Shown here one piece after another: positions 1-11,081 of a DNA stretch of 64,000 nucleotides. Every line of letters begins with the position of its first letter. Position 1 is the stretch's first letter. The notes beneath the pieces are model-generated. The model was given only the letters and a program-made list of their open reading frames with translations. It did no database searches and was not told the DNA's origin. The stretch lies in contig NIVC01000392.1 of NCBI GenBank assembly GCA_002269645.1, forward strand, positions 496,001 through 560,000, given 5' to 3'. The DNA comes from Macrostomum lignano (lineage: Eukaryota). The position numbers and the translations under genes are program-made.

Positions 1-1
1 C

Positions 2-742
2 AGATTCGGCATCCCACAGGTACTGGTCACCGATAACGGCCCGCCATTCTCCTCGGCCCAGTTCAAAGGCTTTCTGGACAGCTACGGAATCCGGCAGCGT
101 CTCATCACACCGCTGCATCCGCAGGCCAACGGCATCACTGAGCGCCTGAACCGCTCCATCAATAAGGTTGTACGAGCTGCCATTGCCCAGAAGCGCGACT
201 GGAGGGCGGCCCTTGACGAGTGGCTGCTGGCCTACCGTTGCACGCCGCAGCGAACCACCAACCGGGCACCAGCCGAGCTGCTCTTGGGTCGCGTCCCAAA
301 CGACGCCATCCCGTCAATCAGGCCGTCGAGACCGGTGGCCATCGCAGAAAGGAGGCTCCGACAGCAGGACGCCAGCAGCAAGGCAAAGGGCAAGCGCTAC
401 ACGGACAAGCGACGGCAGGCGAGACCGCATGGGCTCAAAGTCGGCGACACGGTGCTCCGGCGCCGACTAAATCCGCTCAAGGGCGAGACTCCGTTCGAGT
501 GGACACCCTGGCTGGTCGAGAGTGTCAAGGGCGACTCGATGACCATTCGGCAGGGCGCCAGAGTTTGCAGGCGGCATTGCACTGACCTGAAGCGGGTAGC
601 GCCAGATGCAGAGCCCGATTTTCCTGTCGGGGAGACCGCACCGCCGATCCTGCAAGCTGCGGGGAGCGAACCCGCGACCCCTCCAATTGCGCTACGACCA
701 CACCCCCGAGAGGCCAAGGTGAAAGTGAACTATAGGGTTTAA
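2..742 (+). CDS. Ty3/Gypsy pol C-terminus (integrase core and C-terminal domain); 5' part lies outside the window
   Basis: Frame from base 2 is open to the stop at 742 and reads RFGIPQVLVTDNGPPFSS...HPQANGITERLNRSI, the second D and the E of an rve integrase. It is followed by LLAYRCTP and a GPY/F-like segment (PFEWTPWLVE). Confidence 0.92.
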   Translation, partial: RFGIPQVLVTDNGPPFSSAQFKGFLDSYGIRQRLITPLHPQANGITERLNRSINKVVRAAIAQKRDWRAALDEWLLAYRCTPQRTTNRAPAELLLGRVPNDAIPSIRPSRPVAIAERRLRQQDASSKAKGKRYTDKRRQARPHGLKVGDTVLRRRLNPLKGETPFEWTPWLVESVKGDSMTIRQGARVCRRHCTDLKRVAPDAEPDFPVGETAPPILQAAGSEPATPPIALRPHPREAKVKVNYRV

Positions 743-972
743 CTATAACTCGCGCTTGGCAGACTGACGCTAATATCTTGTTTGATTTTGCTTTTGCGTC
801 TTGAGATTGCGGATAGAAAATTGTTCATTCTCCAGCTAAGGCATTACATGTACAATCAGTAACATTTTCTCTATTAATGTTTCTTCTTTGCAAGATTTTA
901 CTCGCATTTGTGGTAATTTTCATTTTTTAAAAACCTTTTGCAGTAAAACTTTTAATCCAAAATGAGGAGAGA

Positions 973-1147
973 TGTAGTGTACGCTCTGCGCGGTAATAAT
1001 GTACTTGGCTTGGTCGATGAACTAACTCGTAGCAATACTCTTATTACGCAATGCTCTCGGGCCTATAAATATATTGAATTGAGCAGTCGGCTCATTTAAG
1101 TGCATCGTTTCTCTCGCCAAACTAAATAGCTAGTCTGAGTCATTACA
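973..1147 (+). mobile_element. 3' LTR of the Gypsy element (about 175 bp)
   Basis: Polypurine tract AAAATGAGGAGAGA (959-972) directly precedes TGTAG. The segment ends in TTACA at 1147 (TGTA...TACA termini) and contains a TATAAAT. Confidence 0.75.
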
Positions 1148-1340
1148 ATGTTTAAATAGTGTTCAAGCCACGAATTAGTAATGTTCATTGTCGACATCAT
1201 GCTCAAGTCATGTGACAATCATGTTTATACAATGTTTAAATAATTTTCAAGCCACGACTTAGTATGTTCATTGTCAACATCATGTTTAAGTCATGTGACA
1301 TTGATGTTTAAATAATGTTCAAGTCACGAATTAGTAATGT
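1148..1340. repeat. Short tandem repeat, about 80-bp unit, 2-3 copies
   Basis: ATGTTTAAATA..TTCAAGCCACGA.TTAGTA.TGTTCATTGTC.ACATCATG recurs. Confidence 0.7.
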
Positions 1341-1441
1341 ACAGATAATGTTAAAGCCATGCTTGCGTATAAGGTAAAAAATGTTCTAGTATGCGCTATT
1401 GCAAACAGTGCAAAGCCAATTAGCTTCTCAAATGCATTCAG

Positions 1442-3604
1442 CAGGACTGTCAGGCGCTGCGCTCCGAGCTAGCGAAACTGCGCTGTCGCCAAGAAGAGTG
1501 GCAGCAGACCATTGACGACTACGCTAAGCTGAAGAGCCAGTACAGCCTGTTAATCAACACTAGGGAGAGGCTGGAAGAGGAGCGGGACGAACTGCTCCGG
1601 CAGATTCAGCAACAGAAACAGGACAAAAATAAACAGACTGAGTCAGTAGTACGCTACAAGAAAAAGCCGAAGCTCAGCGAATGCGGCATATCTCTGGAAA
1701 CGACTGTCTTCAATGACTCCATTCGAGTAAGCCAGAGTGTGGACAACATGGGCTTCTGTGAGATGTTGGAGACATCGGACACGACAATGCGCTACAAGGA
1801 AGAGCCAGAATTGAGAGACTGCGCATCGTTCCTCGAAACATCCGTCATGATGGGATCTGTTCGAGTGAAACAAGAAATAGACGACATGGGCATCTGTGAG
1901 ATGCTGCTCACATCAGACGGGTCTGTACGCTACAAGGAGGAGCCGAAACTCGACGAGTGCTTCACATTCTCTGAGACCACACTCCTGGACGGCGCTATCC
2001 GAGTAGAGACACGTGTATTGGAGGCTGGAGTTCAAGTGAAACAGCCAGTCGTCGACATGGGCTTCTGTGAAATGCGGCTCACATCAGACGGGTCTGTACG
2101 CTACAAGGAGGAGCCGAAACTCGACGAGTGCTTCACATTCTCTGAGACCACACTCCTGGACGGCGCTATCCGAGTAGAGACACGTGTATTGGAGGCTGGA
2201 GTTCAAGTGAAACAGCCAGTCGTCGACATGGGCTTCTGTGAGATGCTGCTCACATCAGACGGGTCTGTACGCTACAAGGAGGAGCCGAAACTCGACGAGT
2301 GCTTCACATTCTCTGAGACCACACTCCTGGACGGCGCTATCCGAGTAGAGACACGTGTGTTGGAGGCTGGAGTTCAAGTGAAACAGCCAGTCGTCGACAT
2401 GGGCTTCTGTGAGATGCTGCTCACATCAGACGGGTCTGTACGCTACAAGGAGGAGCCGAAACTCGACGAGTGCTTCACATTCTCTGAGACCACACTCCTG
2501 GACGGCGCTATCCGAGTAGAGACACGTGTGTTGGAGGCTGGAGTTCAAGTGAAACAGCCAGTCGTCGACATGGGCTTCTGTGAGATGCTGCTCACATCAG
2601 ACGGGTCTGTACGCTACAAGGAGGAGCCGAAACTCGACGAGTGCTTCACATTCTCTGAGACCACACTCCTGGACGGCGCTATCCGAGTAGAGACACGTGT
2701 ATTGGAGGCTGGAGTTCAAGTGAAACAGCCAGTCGTCGAAATGGGCTCCTGTGAAATGCTGCTCACATCAGACGGGTCTGTACGCTACAAGGAGGAGCCG
2801 AAACTCGACGAGTGCTTCACATTCTCTGAGACCACACTCCTGGACGGCGCTATCCGAGTAGAGACACGTGTATTGGAGGCTGGAGTTCAAGTGAAACAGC
2901 CAGTCGTCGACATGGGCTTCTGTGAGATGCTGCTCACATCAGACGGGTCTGTACGCTACAAGGAGGAGCCGAAACTCGACGAGTGCTTCACATTCTCTGA
3001 GACCACACTCCTGGACGGCGCTATCCGAGTAGAGACACGTGTGTTGGAGGCTGGAGTTCAAGTGAAACAGCCAGTCGTCGACATGGGCTTCTGTGAAATG
3101 CGGCTCACATCAGACGGGTCTGTACGCTACAAGGAGGAGCCGAAACTCGACGAGTGCTTCACATTCTCTGAGACCACACTCCTGGACGGCGCTATCCGAG
3201 TAGAGACACGTGTATTGGAGGCTGGAGTTCAAGTGAAACAGCCAGTCGTCGAAATGGGCTCCTGTGAAATGCTGCTCACATCAGACGGGTCTGTACGCTA
3301 CAAGGAGGAGCCGAAACTCGACGAGTGCTTCACATTCTCTGAGACCACACTCCTGGACGGCGCTATCCGAGTAGAGACACGTGTATTGGAGGCTGGAGTT
3401 CAAGTGAAACAGCCAGTCGTCGAAATGGGCTCCTGTGAGATGCTGCTCACATCAGACGGGTCTGTACGCTACAAGGAGGAGCCGAAACTCGACGAATGCG
3501 CCTCATTTCTGGAAACGACTGTCTTCAATGACTCCATTCGAGTAAGCCAGAGTGTGAACAACATGGGCTGTTGGAGACGTTCACATGGGCTGTTGGAGAC
3601 TTAA
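1442..3604 (+). CDS. Probable terminal exon: coiled coil followed by 47-aa and 57-aa tandem repeats; unknown protein
   Basis: The ORF frame extends upstream to a CAG acceptor at about 1441 (in-frame stop at 1421-1423). It encodes QDCQALRSELAKLRCRQEEWQQTIDDYAKL...RERLEEERDELLRQIQQQKQ, then 171-bp units starting at 1880, 2051, 2222 ... 3419 (9 full plus 1 partial). Confidence 0.7.
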   Translation, partial: QDCQALRSELAKLRCRQEEWQQTIDDYAKLKSQYSLLINTRERLEEERDELLRQIQQQKQDKNKQTESVVRYKKKPKLSECGISLETTVFNDSIRVSQSVDNMGFCEMLETSDTTMRYKEEPELRDCASFLETSVMMGSVRVKQEIDDMGICEMLLTSDGSVRYKEEPKLDECFTFSETTLLDGAIRVETRVLEAGVQVKQPVVDMGFCEMRLTSDGSVRYKEEPKLDECFTFSETTLLDGAIRVETRVLEAGVQVKQPVVDMGFCEMLLTSDGSVRYKEEPKLDECFTFSETTLLDGAIRVETRVLEAGVQVKQPVVDMGFCEMLLTSDGSVRYKEEPKLDECFTFSETTLLDGAIRVETRVLEAGVQVKQPVVDMGFCEMLLTSDGSVRYKEEPKLDECFTFSETTLLDGAIRVETRVLEAGVQVKQPVVEMGSCEMLLTSDGSVRYKEEPKLDECFTFSETTLLDGAIRVETRVLEAGVQVKQPVVDMGFCEMLLTSDGSVRYKEEPKLDECFTFSETTLLDGAIRVETRVLEAGVQVKQPVVDMGFCEMRLTSDGSVRYKEEPKLDECFTFSETTLLDGAIRVETRVLEAGVQVKQPVVEMGSCEMLLTSDGSVRYKEEPKLDECFTFSETTLLDGAIRVETRVLEAGVQVKQPVVEMGSCEMLLTSDGSVRYKEEPKLDECASFLETTVFNDSIRVSQSVNNMGCWRRSHGLLET
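1880..3500 (+). repeat. Coding tandem repeat, 171-bp (57-aa) unit
   Basis: GTCGAC/GTCGAA anchors are spaced exactly 171 bp apart and the units are nearly identical. Confidence 0.95.
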
Positions 3605-3724
3605 TTCATGTTGACTGATTGACTGGGAAAATGCATTGCAAATGCATTGATTTAAAACTGACACCTCGCGGCAACCATAAATCATATTAGAAAGTGCACA
3701 TGGGCAGTTGAATTTAAAGTGTCA

Positions 3725-3860
3725 AACATGAATATGACATAAATATAATATATTTAATATAATATATAATAATAATATTATATTAATATTATATTTAATA
3801 ATAATAATAATAATATAAATATATATAAATATAATATAATGTGACATAAATATAATAGTA
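3725..3860. repeat. AT-rich low-complexity (TAA/ATAT) tract
   Basis: Almost pure A/T, with AAT and ATAT runs. Confidence 0.85.
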
Positions 3861-4030
3861 TTCTATCGACGGAGACTTCTGTCGGAATTGCATTACATAA
3901 TGCAAAGTTGTCGTTTTAAGCAATGACGCACAAGCTATGTCATAGCATACTATAGCTACTATATTTAATTAATACATGGATACTACCAAACAGTATACAT
4001 GTATATTTGCATGCATACCAGGGGTATACT

Positions 4031-4275
4031 TCAGTCACCTGGTGTGACTCGCGATAGCTACTTTCCGAGTCTTAAAAAACTCCTTTTCCAATTTAAAAAG
4101 GCTATATTCTATTTAATATTGTTGTGTAGACTGGTTGTTAATCGTGATGTGATAATTGTTACAATTAAATAAATTATTCCAGAAACTAGGCACCGCACCT
4201 TTTAGCCGCTTATCATACATAATGCAACACAAGCACTTGGACTTGATTTGATATGCCTGTGGACTTTATCATTAT
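4031..4275 (+). repeat. Dispersed repeat; second copy at about 20102-20325
   Basis: TCAGTCACCTGGTGTGACTCGCGATAG.TACTTTCC.AGTCTTAAAAAACTC...TTTTAGCCGCTTAT...GCCTGTGGACTT occurs in both places. Confidence 0.8.
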
Positions 4276-7200
4276 TTAAAAAGATATAAACTTCGGTAAA
4301 ATAACAATTTGCCTATATAAGCGTACCAACTGGAATAAGTTTTAGATGCTGCTTTTAAATGTCATTGTGTCCTATATGTTAGCTGAGCTCAAAATATTTT
4401 ACTGATTGATTCAGCTTATTTAATTTTGTATAGCTATACCGCGCTGTGTATACGGTAGTATGTATAGCTATCACAATATACGCTCGTAAAACAATTAAAA
4501 AATGAACAGAATCAAAACTGGGACACATTTTGATAATTACTACGAGATTACTACGAGATTACTACGAGATTACGTATTAGACTCGTAGATCAAAGCATTT
4601 CAAATAACTAGCTAATCCGATCTTATTAACATAGCCTGTTCAACCGGGCCTGCCGTATGTTGGACTTCGCTGATATCGAGACTCACCCGAGCTGGGCCAA
4701 GTTCGTCAAGGTGTACTGAGATGTCTGAGATTATACAGTTGTGTTACTTAGTTACTACTTAATTAGGTATTTCCAGTTTGAAATCTACCAACTTATTCAT
4801 GACTAACCTTAAAATAATCCACAGCTTCAGATGTCTGGAGCTAAGATGTCCAGGTTGTTCAGAGGGTCCTAACAAATTTCTGGTGTCCGTCACCCGTGCA
4901 ACATTTGGATCCTTGGAAATGGGTATTTTTACATTAGCACTGATGAAAACACGTCATATATTATACCAAGGACAACTAAAGCAACGTATTTTATATATAC
5001 ACAGGACGCGCCACTCGAAATCTATTGAAGATTTTTAAGGCCACTTTTCGCCAAAAAATACACTACGGAGATAGGAAGTTTTCATTTTTTTCAGCACAGA
5101 AATTATTATTGATTTCGATAGGAGGCAGACCCAATATTCATCTTTTAATATGTTGCGCCTTTTTTTTTATTTGTAATGATAATCATAAAGCTTTTCGGAA
5201 GAAAATTAGGATTCTTTATTTTTTATTTTACGTACAACTGATGCATAGCTCGTATGTCCTGTACCACATGTAAAAACCATAAAAATGGCACGGCTCAGCT
5301 CATTGGTTTAATGAGTATATTTTATCATTCTTAGCTGACTGTGTAACAGATATAATAAAAATTGATTCATAAAACCTAAGATTCGAACACTGCTATGCAT
5401 TTTAATGATTTTTAGAAGCGGAAAATTTGCGTAGAATAAAAAATTAACATAGTGTGACGATTTTATTAAGCCTACTTTTCTTTTGCTAATGTTGGTGAGT
5501 TGTGTAGCGGTCTATCAGGATTTACAATTGTACATTTGTACATGTATGAAGAAGTAGTAGTAGTAAACTTGGCGAATTATAGGGAGCTGTCGAAATACTG
5601 TCGAACATCTGCGAACTAATCAATATATTTATCTATTAAGTATTAGAGCCAGCACAAAGCCAAGAGCGGCGAGCGACGAGCGAGGAACCAGACAACCAGA
5701 CAACCAGCTTGGAGGCGAAATTCAAAATTTTTATAGTAATTTGAAATTGGAGTATAAAAATTTAAACAAAAGAGTGCAAACTTAATCTACTTAACGTGTC
5801 AAACAATACGTGCAGATGTACAATTAAATATAATAATTAAATACAAATAATTACATGTAAATACTTTCACAACGACGGCACACAGAACGATCTACTAAAA
5901 GCTAACACCGTCACAATAGAATCCTAATTTTTTGAACCAAAGCTTTATGAATATCAAAAAAGATTTTAAAGGGGCACAACATATCATAAGATGAGCATTG
6001 GGTTTGCCTCCTATCAAAAGCAATAACAATTTCTGTGCTTAAAAAATGAAAACGTCCTATCTCCGTAGTGTATTTTTTGGCGAAAAGGGGCATTCAAAAC
6101 ATTTTCCAATTTCCATAAATTTCCCGGTGTTGCGTCCTTCTACTTTAGTAGTGTTTGAATTATACTTCAGTATAATGAAAAGCTACCCATTTTCCACCGC
6201 GACGTCAATAGATAGTTTTCGGAACCGTCTGCACTGCTGAAGCTGCGACGCTTTTGGGTTTGAAATGATATATCTGTCAATAAAGAGTACGCTGGCAAAG
6301 ATTACGCTTTAATGCATGTACCATTATATAATACATGTAAATGTATGTATGCTGAGACAGTTATCAACGTTTCGTAGGTTTTTTCTTGTTAAACATTCCA
6401 TGACAGGTAATTTCGTTCAGTTTAATGATGGCCTGAATTAGGAACGCTAATATCTAAGCCTAGATTTACGTGTAGTTGCTGATGTTCAGATAAGTACACA
6501 GCCAAGCATGCTTATGTAGCTACTAGAAGCCAAAAAAGGAAACATTCGTGTAAATAGTCAAGTGATTCCTCGATGGAGTAGCTACAGTAGGTGTTGAAAT
6601 GTAAAAGAAACAGGAAAGTAAAGTTCCTCGCATAAAGTATTAACAGTTTCTACATGATATGTATTCACAATATTACGGTTTCCATCACGTTATAAATAAA
6701 ATGAAGTTAGGCTATAGGATATAATATCACATAATATAATATGTTCTTAGAATATCCGGAATTCTTTCATCCTTTAAACCTTGAACGAAAGCTCATTGTT
6801 AGAACAAAAGAGGTCGAAATTGAAGTGAAAAAATAACTAGACTCACTTCTTGTCACCTTATTCAAACAACCTTAACCCCCCTAGCTCGTATAGTCTTGTT
6901 GGACTTGACTCGCAGTTCAAATTTTTCTTCGAATCCTCAAATACCTCCGTATTCAACGGCAAATAGCTCTCGAAGTCTAGCTTCTGCCTTTAATTCATCG
7001 AGAGCTTCCAAAAGGCGTCTTTTACAACAGCCAACAGAAAGTTGTAAAATGCTCGACCATATGGAATGTCACGAAATTTCCTAATCACAGCAGAGTACTT
7101 CTTTTCTGTGAATAATTTTCAAACCTACAATAGATTTTCTTAGGCCGAGAGAGTCGCGATCATTTGCCAAAGTGACTCCGCAATCTATTGCTGAAAGGAG

Positions 7201-8171
7201 TACGACTGTACTACTAAAGGTAGGAAGGAAGAGCTGAAATGCAGTAGTTAATAAAAAACTTAATAAATTATTTGTTGTTTTCTTCTAAAAGAAGTTTTGA
7301 TTTGCAAAAATGAGTACTATATCCGTCTTTAACCAAGCCACTGTCTCATTTTTATGTTAAGAAAAAGTACCTCTGTCACGACCTGGTCTCTACTGTCTAT
7401 CGTTCTGTGAAAGCAGTCCTCCCCCAGTCAAAAAGCGTTGGTCCAGGCGGTGGTCGAGACCGTCCTGTTTTAAAACGTTCAAGTCCATAGCTAACTGACT
7501 GTGAAAGCTCATTTCTTGAACAGAAGAGGTCAAAATGTCTGCAAATAAAGAATTATCTCTTTATTGGACGCTATATTGAACTGATCAAGGTCACCGTAGC
7601 GCAAACCGGAAGCATGCGGCCTTCAAATAGGCGATGATGCCATCTGCATCGCTGAGGCAGGAGTCTTCAAAACTTTTTCCACGAAAAGACGTCGGGTCCC
7701 TGTGTCTGTCTGTGTCTATGTGATCGATTAGAGAAAAAATGGCTGGACCGATTTTCTTCAAACTTGCACCATTCGATCAGAAATTTTCCTGGGACGGTAC
7801 ATGCAATGTAGCTAAGAAATTGCTCAATGCTAAAGGGATTAGATATTTGAAAAACATGCTTTTTTTGCAAAGGTCAAGCATTGAAATGCATTGTAAGAAT
7901 GCTAGCAGAAAAACTGACTGGTTGAATTCTGATTCTAAAATAGATTGCATCACAATTCACTTTTTATTTATCATTCTGTGTACTGGCTGAATTAGACACT
8001 CAATTGAATTGCGTCACAGCATTGAGTGTGAAAGCATAGCACAGTACTCAATTTATATTACGTAACATGTTAACTTTTATAGACACTAGCACTGACTTGC
8101 CTGAGAAATTGATTATGTCATAACTGCTTCGTGTTGAATTATATAAGTGCTACAAATTTACTTAAAACTTC

Positions 8172-8236
8172 GATGAGAGCTAGCCTAGAGCTGAACAGAC
8201 CAGACTGCTAATGCAGCGACGTTGGTTCGAATCTAA
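8172..8236 (+). other. tRNA(Ser-GCT)-like segment (SINE-head-like); second copy at 55116-55170 on the minus strand
   Basis: A-box-like TAGCCTAGAG, an anticodon arm GACTGCTAAT and B-box GGTTCGAATC. There is no proper acceptor stem, so it is not a functional tRNA. Confidence 0.55.
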
Positions 8237-8299
8237 GTAGTTTAAAAGAAGTTGTGTACAATTTTTTATTGAAAGCTTTTATTAAAAAACTAGTTAAAA

Positions 8300-8820
8300 A
8301 CACTTAGATTACTGCACTTGATAAACCAAGGATTATTGCACTTGATAAGCCAAGGATTATTGCTCTTAATAAACCAAGGATTACTGCACTCAATAAACTA
8401 AGGATTACTGCACTCGATCAGCGAAGGATCAATGCTCTTAACAAACCAAGGATTACTGCACTCGGTAAACCAAGGATTATTGCTCTTAATAAACAAAATA
8501 TTATTGCACTCGATAAACCAAGGATTATTGCACTTGGCAAACCAATGATTACTGCACTCGATAAACCAAGGATTATTGCTCTTAATAAACCAAGGATTAC
8601 TGCACTTGATAAGCCAAGGATCATTGCACTTGGCAAACCAAGGATTACTGCACTTGATAAGCCAAGGCTTATTGCACTTGGCAAACCAAGGATTTACTGC
8701 ATTTGATAAACCAAGGATTAATACATTTGATAAACCAAGGATTGCTGCATTCGGCAAACCAAGGATTATTGCACTTGGCAAACAAAGGATTACTGCGCTT
8801 AATAAGCTTGGCTATATGTA
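8300..8820. repeat. 24-bp minisatellite (ATAAACCAAGGATTAYTGCACTYG)
   Basis: About 20 tandem copies, giving 8-aa periodic spurious ORFs. Confidence 0.92.
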
Positions 8821-9634
8821 TAAGATTATTTCTCGATCCAGGGATGCTTGCTATTTACTGATTCTTGCTATGTGCAGGATGCTTGCTATCTGGGTGGATG
8901 CTTGCTAGGAGTATTAGGGGATGCTTGCCTTCTGCGATTGCTTACTTTTGGAAGGGATGCTTGCTACTGGGGGGATGCTTGCTGTCTTGGAAATATTTTC
9001 TATTTAGGGGTAATGTTTGTGATCTTTGTGAAAGCTATATATTTTTGTCTGTTTGTTGATTATAGAAAAAAAGAGATTTATAGCAAATATCATTGTCCGT
9101 GACAATTTTAGATGAAAAAGATGATTTTTAAAAGTGATGAAAGACTTGGTTTTTAAGAAAATGTGCTTTTTTAATTGTTTTCCATAAACTATTTTTGCTT
9201 CGTGCTTATTGGGTGCCCCGAAAGGGGGCCGCACTAGATTGCTAGTACTTTACTAATGACGATGACATGTACTTGTAAGATATTTTAGTTTTTTAAAATT
9301 CCTAAATTCTTAAAATTTTTAAAATCTAAAAATATTATTTATGGTCAGTTTCAGGGTAATCGCAAAATTGTTTGCAGAATTTTTCCCATAATCAACCATC
9401 ATGAAGAAGGAATTAAAATAGTTTCACGCATTTTCGATTAGCACTTTCAATCCGGAATCATATATTTCACTTTCTGCCTAGCCTGTGCACTTGATTCACG
9501 CATGGACATCTGTAGTTAACACAGCGCCAAATAAAAAATTACCACAGACAGTCTCAGGACTACTAAATGACTTATTAAGGAGCGATTTTGGAGGTGAGGT
9601 GGGTGTCAACCCTCCTCGCCTCTCATTGGCTGGC

Positions 9635-9935
9635 GCCCCGATCACTAGGTGATCGATACGCGTATCGATATCGGCGCTCGGCGCGCACCCGCCGCAGGCG
9701 CATCCCCCGATATGTACGCCGCAGGTGACCCTTCTGAGCCGCAGGCGCCCCTCCCGAGCAGTAGGGGACCCTCCCGACATGTTGTACCCCGACATGTACA
9801 CCGCAGGCACTCCTCCCGACATGTACGCCGCAGGCGCCCCAAACCGAAGGTACACTTTCCCAATATGTGTGTACACTCGCCCAATTTATGTGTACACTCT
9901 CCCGATATGTGTGTACACCGATATATAGTCAGAGA
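9635..9935. repeat. Nested palindromes plus CCCGACATGTACRCCGCAGG / ATATGTGTGTACAC repeats beside the Polinton-like module
   Basis: Perfect 18-bp palindrome ATCGATACGCGTATCGAT at 9652-9669 and GATCACTAGGTGATC at 9640-9654, followed by short imperfect direct repeats at 9705-9925. Confidence 0.7.
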
Positions 9936-9948
9936 TAATAACACAAGA

Positions 9949-10907
9949 TTAGGCACTACTTATAGTTGATGAAATGAAGGCCGCAGAGGCAGCAGAGACG
10001 GGCGCAGCAGTGGTCAACTCCTCAACGGAGACCTCAAAGAGGGCAGCAGAGGCAGCGGTCAAATCAGAGGCGGCAGCAGCAGGGGCACCGTTCACAACCT
10101 CTCCGATAGCCAGTAGAGGGAGGTTGAATACTTCGGACTCAGTGTCGCTATCAAAGGCAGTGGCCCATGCCAAGTACTGATCCGCTTCCCAATTATCAGG
10201 TCCGTTGTTTTCAGTGCCTAGGGGGATTATATGTTCGGGGATTTCCCCCTCGAGCGAGGTCAACCCTTCAGAGGGGCGATTATTATCCCAGAGGGTGGGT
10301 TAGTTAGGATTAGTTATTTGGGGAGCCCCACGGAGGGGGGGTGGCGCGAGCCAATAGGAAACTACCAGCGCCGACTCTCGTCAAACAGATTTTTCCAGGG
10401 CGAGGATTGGTAGGGTTTGAGACCCACAACCCGGAGAACGTCCTGGAGATTTTCCTCCTCAGTCCTGGCTACCGGAGAGGTCTCAGTCTTGGCTCGTTTG
10501 GCAGGTGGCGGGGCCTCGGCTGCCGGCTTGAAGAGCTTGTCCAAAAGGGCGGCAAACATAACGCGCCACAGTTCCGGCGTGAATTCAATCGTGTAGCGCC
10601 AATTAAACTTTGGATCCACGTTGAGCCAATCGTGCCGCAAACGAATCCTCCCTTGCGAAGCCTCGACCGCCTTGAAATTGCCTAGCCCGACCCTCTTGTC
10701 CACGTGAAGACGGGCAGCAGCTTCCAGGTCAGGGCGCGCAGACTCGAGCTTCTTCCACTCTGGCTCGCTTAAGTAGATTGCAGGGAAGCCGTCCTTTCAC
10801 ACTCCAGCCTCGTTGGTGTAGAGCCGCTAAATTTCAATTAAGTTGTGTTCGGTTTCCAATTTGGGCTTCCGCGCCAAAAAGTTTTCGTGTAGAGAGATAG
10901 AAGACGT
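9949..10907 (-). pseudogene. Disrupted gene with two PC4-like (p15, ssDNA-binding) domains and an acidic/Ala-rich tail
   Basis: One frame reads LIEI*RLYTNEAGV*KDGFPAIYLSEPEWKKLESARPDL...RIRLRHDWLNVDPKFNWRYTIEFTPELWRVM, resembling the PC4 pattern IR.Y....G....GISL...QW..L twice. Stops at 10829-10827, 10799-10797 and 10302-10300, a probable 2-nt slip at about 10372, and ACG at 10907 where an ATG would be expected. Confidence 0.5.
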
Positions 10908-10956
10908 GATTTAGCAGCAGCAGCAGCAGAGAGCTCTCTGACAGCCGTGCAGCACC

Positions 10957-11081
10957 TTATATACCCCTCCCGGATGGAGGGTGGGGTGAGGGTGAATTTG
11001 GGGGTGATTTTTGATTATTTTGGTTGGTTTTTGACGATTTGACCAATAACAGGCGAGCTGAGCTGGTTTTGAGTATATATA
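10957..11081. promoter_or_regulatory. Putative bidirectional promoter between the PC4-like gene and pPolB
   Basis: TATATAA on the minus strand (10963-10957), TATATATA on the plus strand (11074-11081) and CCAAT at 11043-11047, lying between divergent ORFs. ATG at 11142 and a GTAAGT donor at 11204. Confidence 0.45.

Larger units (their letters stand above)
7664..9245 (+). mobile_element. Non-autonomous Helitron-like element (family D chassis) carrying a tRNA-like segment and 24-bp and 18-bp minisatellites
   Basis: 7710-7960 matches the reverse complement of 55370-55640. The 3' end has the hairpin GCCCCGAAAGGGGGC followed by CTAG|T (9242-9246). The 5' boundary is approximate. Confidence 0.65.

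Noticed and set aside
1442-1620. Intermediate-filament assignment of the coiled coil
   Set aside because: The conserved YRKLLEGE terminus is missing; the similarity is only generic heptad character.
1880-3500. CRISPR-like appearance of regular repeats (here and in the satellites)
   Set aside because: Units are contiguous with no unique spacers, the context is eukaryotic, and there are no cas genes.
4535-4580. TTACTACGAGA triplet also seen in the LTR at about 46175
   Set aside because: The match is too short to call a solo LTR.
4635-4925. Two short exon-like segments (LFNRACRMLDFADIETHPSWAKFVKVY*; FRCLELRCPGCSEGPNKF...)
   Set aside because: Acceptors are plausible, but there is no recognisable domain and no consistent gene model.
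6200-7520. Patchy coding-like sequence on the minus strand
   Set aside because: Multiple stops in all frames and no motif identified.
8300-9100. Cys/Leu-rich ORFs over the minisatellites (also 21100-22400, 28530-28870, 51950-53110)
   Set aside because: They are periodic translations of 18-, 23- and 24-bp repeats, open in several frames and on both strands; not genes.
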